Positions 61,648 to 64,000 of a DNA stretch of 64,000 bases are shown piece after piece; positions within the stretch are counted from its first letter, which is position 1; each line of letters starts with the position of its first letter. Location of the stretch: contig CAZQUB010000001.1 of NCBI GenBank assembly GCA_964596225.1, positions 8,944-72,943 on the forward strand, given 5' to 3'. A program made the position numbers and the translations under genes. The notes below the pieces were generated by a model. That model searched no databases. It was not told the origin of the DNA and saw only the letters and a list, made by a program, of their open reading frames with translations. This stretch comes from an uncultured Acidimicrobiaceae bacterium. Its GTDB lineage: Bacteria > Actinomycetota > Acidimicrobiia > Spongiisociales > UBA5794.

Positions 61648-64000
61648 GTGGAGGGTGATGGGACGGATCGATCGACGCTGGTGAGGGTGCTGGGTCCCCT
61701 CATCGTCGAGGTCGACGGCCTCGAGATAGGCCTCCCCCCTGCCCCGAAACGGCTGCTCTCCATCCTGCTCCTCGACCCGGCCACAGAGCTGTCCACCGAC
61801 ACGATCATCGATCGGATGTGGGGCGATGACGCCCCGCCGAGTGCCCGGACGTCGGTCCACGTCCACATCTCGAGCCTGCGCAAGGGTGTGCCCGGCGTGG
61901 TGGTGACCACCGGACACGGGTACCGGCTCGACGAGGAGCGGTTCTGGTACGACCGCACCCATTTCGAGTCGCTCGCCCTAAGCGCACGGGAGGCCGGCCA
62001 GGCGACGGAGTGGACGACGGCCCGGGCCCGAGCGGAGGAGGCCCTTGCGCTGTGGCGTGGCACAGCGTTCCACGAGGTGGCGGACGAGGAGTTCGCAGTC
62101 GGCGAGGTGGTCCGCCTCGGCGAGACCCGCACCGGCCTCGTCGAACTCCACATCGATGCTCTGCTCGCCCTCGGCCAGGACGAGACCGCGATCCCACGAC
62201 TGAGGAAGGTGATCAGGGATCATCCCCTCCACGAGCGCTTCCGTCAGCAGATGATGCTGGCGCTCTACCGCACCGGCCGCCAGAGCGAGGCCCTACGGGA
62301 GTATCGGGACCTTCGCAGCGTCCTCGGCGAGACGCTCGGCATCGAACCGAACGACACCATCAGGGACCTGGAAGAGCGGATCCTGGTCCACGACCCGTCG
62401 CTCGGATCACAGCCGTCGCCGGCCACACCCCACAATCTCCCGCTCACCACGACCAGCTTCATCGGCCGGGTGGAGGACCTGAAGACGATCCTGAAACGGT
62501 TGACGGAAACCCGCCTCGTCACCGTGACCGGAGGGCCCGGATTCGGCAAGTCGCGGCTCGCCGTCGAGGCTGGTCGCGCCGTGCTGGAGAGTCGTCCAGG
62601 CGGCGTCTGGCTCGCCGAGTTGGCCGGCGCCGACAGTGCCAGATCGCTGGCGGCCACCGTCTCCACGGCCACCGGGGCCAGCGAGCAGATCGACACTCTA
62701 GAACGCCTCGCCGAGGCGCTCCGCTCCCGGCCCATTCTCTTGATCCTCGACAACTGCGAGCATCTCAAGGAGCCGGTGCGCCGGCTCTTGACGGCCCTGC
62801 TGGCAGAACCCGGAGCATGCCGCGTGCTCGCCACCAGCCGGGTTCCCTTGGCCGTTCCGGGCGAATCGATCCACCGGCTCGAACCGCTCGACCCCGGGCC
62901 GGAGGAATCGGTCGCCCTTCTCGTCGACCGGGCACGCGGGGTCGACCGCTCCTTCGTTCCCGCCCCCGAAGATCTCGACGACATCCGCGCCTTGTGCGAC
63001 CACCTCGGCGGGATCCCCCTCGGCATCGAACTGGTGGCGAGGTGGATCCCCAGCTTGGGGCTGCGGGACACCGAACGGTTGCTGCAGCAGGTGGGAGGAG
63101 ACAGCGCCCTCGACACCGCTTTCGAGTGGAGCGCGCGACTGATCCCGGAGCAGGACTACGACCTGTTGCGTTCCCTCTCCGTGTTCGCCGCACCGTTCAC
63201 GCTCGAACGTGCCCAGTCGGTCTGCGCCCCCTCCGCCCAGGATCTCTCCACCGCCGGATCGCTGTCCCGGCTGGTGGACGCCTCGCTCATGACGGTCGAG
63301 TGGTCGGGAGGGCGGACCCGCTACCGGATGCTGGAGCCGATCCGCCAGCTCGCCGCAGGGCGTCTCGACGCCGGCCGGCGCCGAAAGCTGGCGGCGAGCC
63401 ACGCCGCGTCGTTCCTCGCATCGGCCGGCCCGTTGACGGCGGCGTCGTCCCGACCCGACCAGGCCGAGGCCTTCGCCATCCTCGACGTCGAGATCCCCGA
63501 CTACCGCACCGCACTGTCTCACCTCGAGAACGCCGGCGACTTCGCCGGGATCACCCGGGTGGCGGAGGCCCTCTCCCGCTACTGGTACTCGCGTTTCCTG
63601 GGGTGGGAAGGCCGTTCCTGGCTCGACGAAGTCCCCGTCGAACGGCTCGAGGACCCCGATCGGGTTCGCCTCCACCGCGTCGCCGGGTTCCTCGCCTGGG
63701 CGGTCCACGACTACGACACCGCCGACCGTCACTATCGCGCCCTGCTCGACATCGGCCGCCGCACCGATGACACCAAGGCCGTCGCCGACGCCCTCTACGG
63801 TCGCGGCCTCGTCCACCAGAAGCGACGTTTCGAGAACGGCGCCGCCATGTTGGAGGAGGCCGCCTCGCTCTACCGCGAGATGGACGACTGCCGGCTCGAA
63901 CTCGGGCAATGCCTCCTGTTCCGGGGCCTCGACGAGTCGCTCAACGGAGACGCAATGCGAGGAGAGGACCTCCTCGCCGAGGCGGTGGGCCTGCTCGAGG
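61648..64000 (+). CDS. SARP/AfsR-family transcriptional regulator (OmpR-type wHTH, BTAD, NB-ARC ATPase); partial, runs off the window end
   Basis: I translated it myself; it is absent from the track because there is no stop in the window. The product reads VEGDGTDRSTLVRVLGPLIVEVDGLEIGLPPAPKRLLSILLL...RMWGDDAPPSARTSVHVHISSLRK, a wHTH. A BTAD follows (ALALWRGTAFHEV...LHIDALLALGQ...REYRDLRSVLGETLGIEP). NB-ARC Walker A is VTGGPGFGKSRLA and Walker B is LLILDNCEH. The GTG start is at 61648. Confidence 0.75.
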   Translation, partial: MEGDGTDRSTLVRVLGPLIVEVDGLEIGLPPAPKRLLSILLLDPATELSTDTIIDRMWGDDAPPSARTSVHVHISSLRKGVPGVVVTTGHGYRLDEERFWYDRTHFESLALSAREAGQATEWTTARARAEEALALWRGTAFHEVADEEFAVGEVVRLGETRTGLVELHIDALLALGQDETAIPRLRKVIRDHPLHERFRQQMMLALYRTGRQSEALREYRDLRSVLGETLGIEPNDTIRDLEERILVHDPSLGSQPSPATPHNLPLTTTSFIGRVEDLKTILKRLTETRLVTVTGGPGFGKSRLAVEAGRAVLESRPGGVWLAELAGADSARSLAATVSTATGASEQIDTLERLAEALRSRPILLILDNCEHLKEPVRRLLTALLAEPGACRVLATSRVPLAVPGESIHRLEPLDPGPEESVALLVDRARGVDRSFVPAPEDLDDIRALCDHLGGIPLGIELVARWIPSLGLRDTERLLQQVGGDSALDTAFEWSARLIPEQDYDLLRSLSVFAAPFTLERAQSVCAPSAQDLSTAGSLSRLVDASLMTVEWSGGRTRYRMLEPIRQLAAGRLDAGRRRKLAASHAASFLASAGPLTAASSRPDQAEAFAILDVEIPDYRTALSHLENAGDFAGITRVAEALSRYWYSRFLGWEGRSWLDEVPVERLEDPDRVRLHRVAGFLAWAVHDYDTADRHYRALLDIGRRTDDTKAVADALYGRGLVHQKRRFENGAAMLEEAASLYREMDDCRLELGQCLLFRGLDESLNGDAMRGEDLLAEAVGLLE

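Noticed and set aside
62010-63770. 586 aa plus-strand ORF and minus-strand ORFs 62265..63116 and 62698..63909
   Set aside because: They are out-of-frame or antisense to the SARP/AfsR regulator, whose frame I translated myself and which shows wHTH, BTAD and NB-ARC motifs. The artefact ORFs are Arg/Pro-rich.
1-64000. Search by eye for tRNA, rRNA, IS elements and intact prophage genes
   Set aside because: No intergenic region showed tRNA-like cloverleaf features or IS terminal inverted repeats. The only mobile-element trace is the integrase C-terminal fragment at 38907-39100. A tRNAscan/Infernal run would be needed to exclude tRNAs or small RNAs definitively.

Overview
This is a high-GC (about 70%) actinobacterial chromosomal segment. 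A housekeeping backbone is largely syntenic with the Mycobacterium Rv2555c-Rv2614c region. On the minus strand, from high to low coordinate, it runs: thrS, PIM genes pgsA1-patA-pimA, pdxS-pdxT-yebC, ruvCAB, queA-tgt, yajC-secD-secF, rel, an MBL hydrolase, aspS, rarA, hisS and alaS (partial). Plus-strand genes in the backbone include gltA and a CHAD protein. Adjacent genes are often translationally coupled through 4-bp ATGA/GTGA or 1-bp TGATG overlaps. Accessory modules interrupt this backbone, and I did not find any CRISPR, rRNA or obvious tRNA.

Accessory modules:
- **Prepilin-type operon (6.4-10.2 kb).** Three coupled prepilin-type (type IV pilin-like) genes sit between rel and the conserved MBL hydrolase.
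- **Lower-GC patch (36.9-39.3 kb).** It holds an unlisted 47-58 aa Flp/Fap pilin gene, a structured leader, a class II xylose isomerase, and a fused integrase/IclR C-terminal fragment pair that looks like a decayed mobile-element junction.
- **MacB-type ABC exporter with a divergent two-component system (39.3-46.9 kb).** A lipoprotein-MFP-ATPase-permease operon faces an OmpR-type response regulator and histidine kinase, followed by an orphan cytoplasmic kinase.
- **RRM gene pair.** A small RRM protein and a DEAD-box helicase carrying a paralogous C-terminal RRM flank a GH13 glucosidase.
- **Repeat protein and SARP regulator at the 3' end.** A large single-pass membrane protein with a tandem 20-aa repeat is followed by an AfsR/SARP-type regulator (wHTH-BTAD-NB-ARC) running off the window edge.

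Many long ORFs in the track are antisense or out-of-frame artefacts of the high GC content and were rejected. Coordinates were taken from ORF-track arithmetic; manual base indexing was less reliable.
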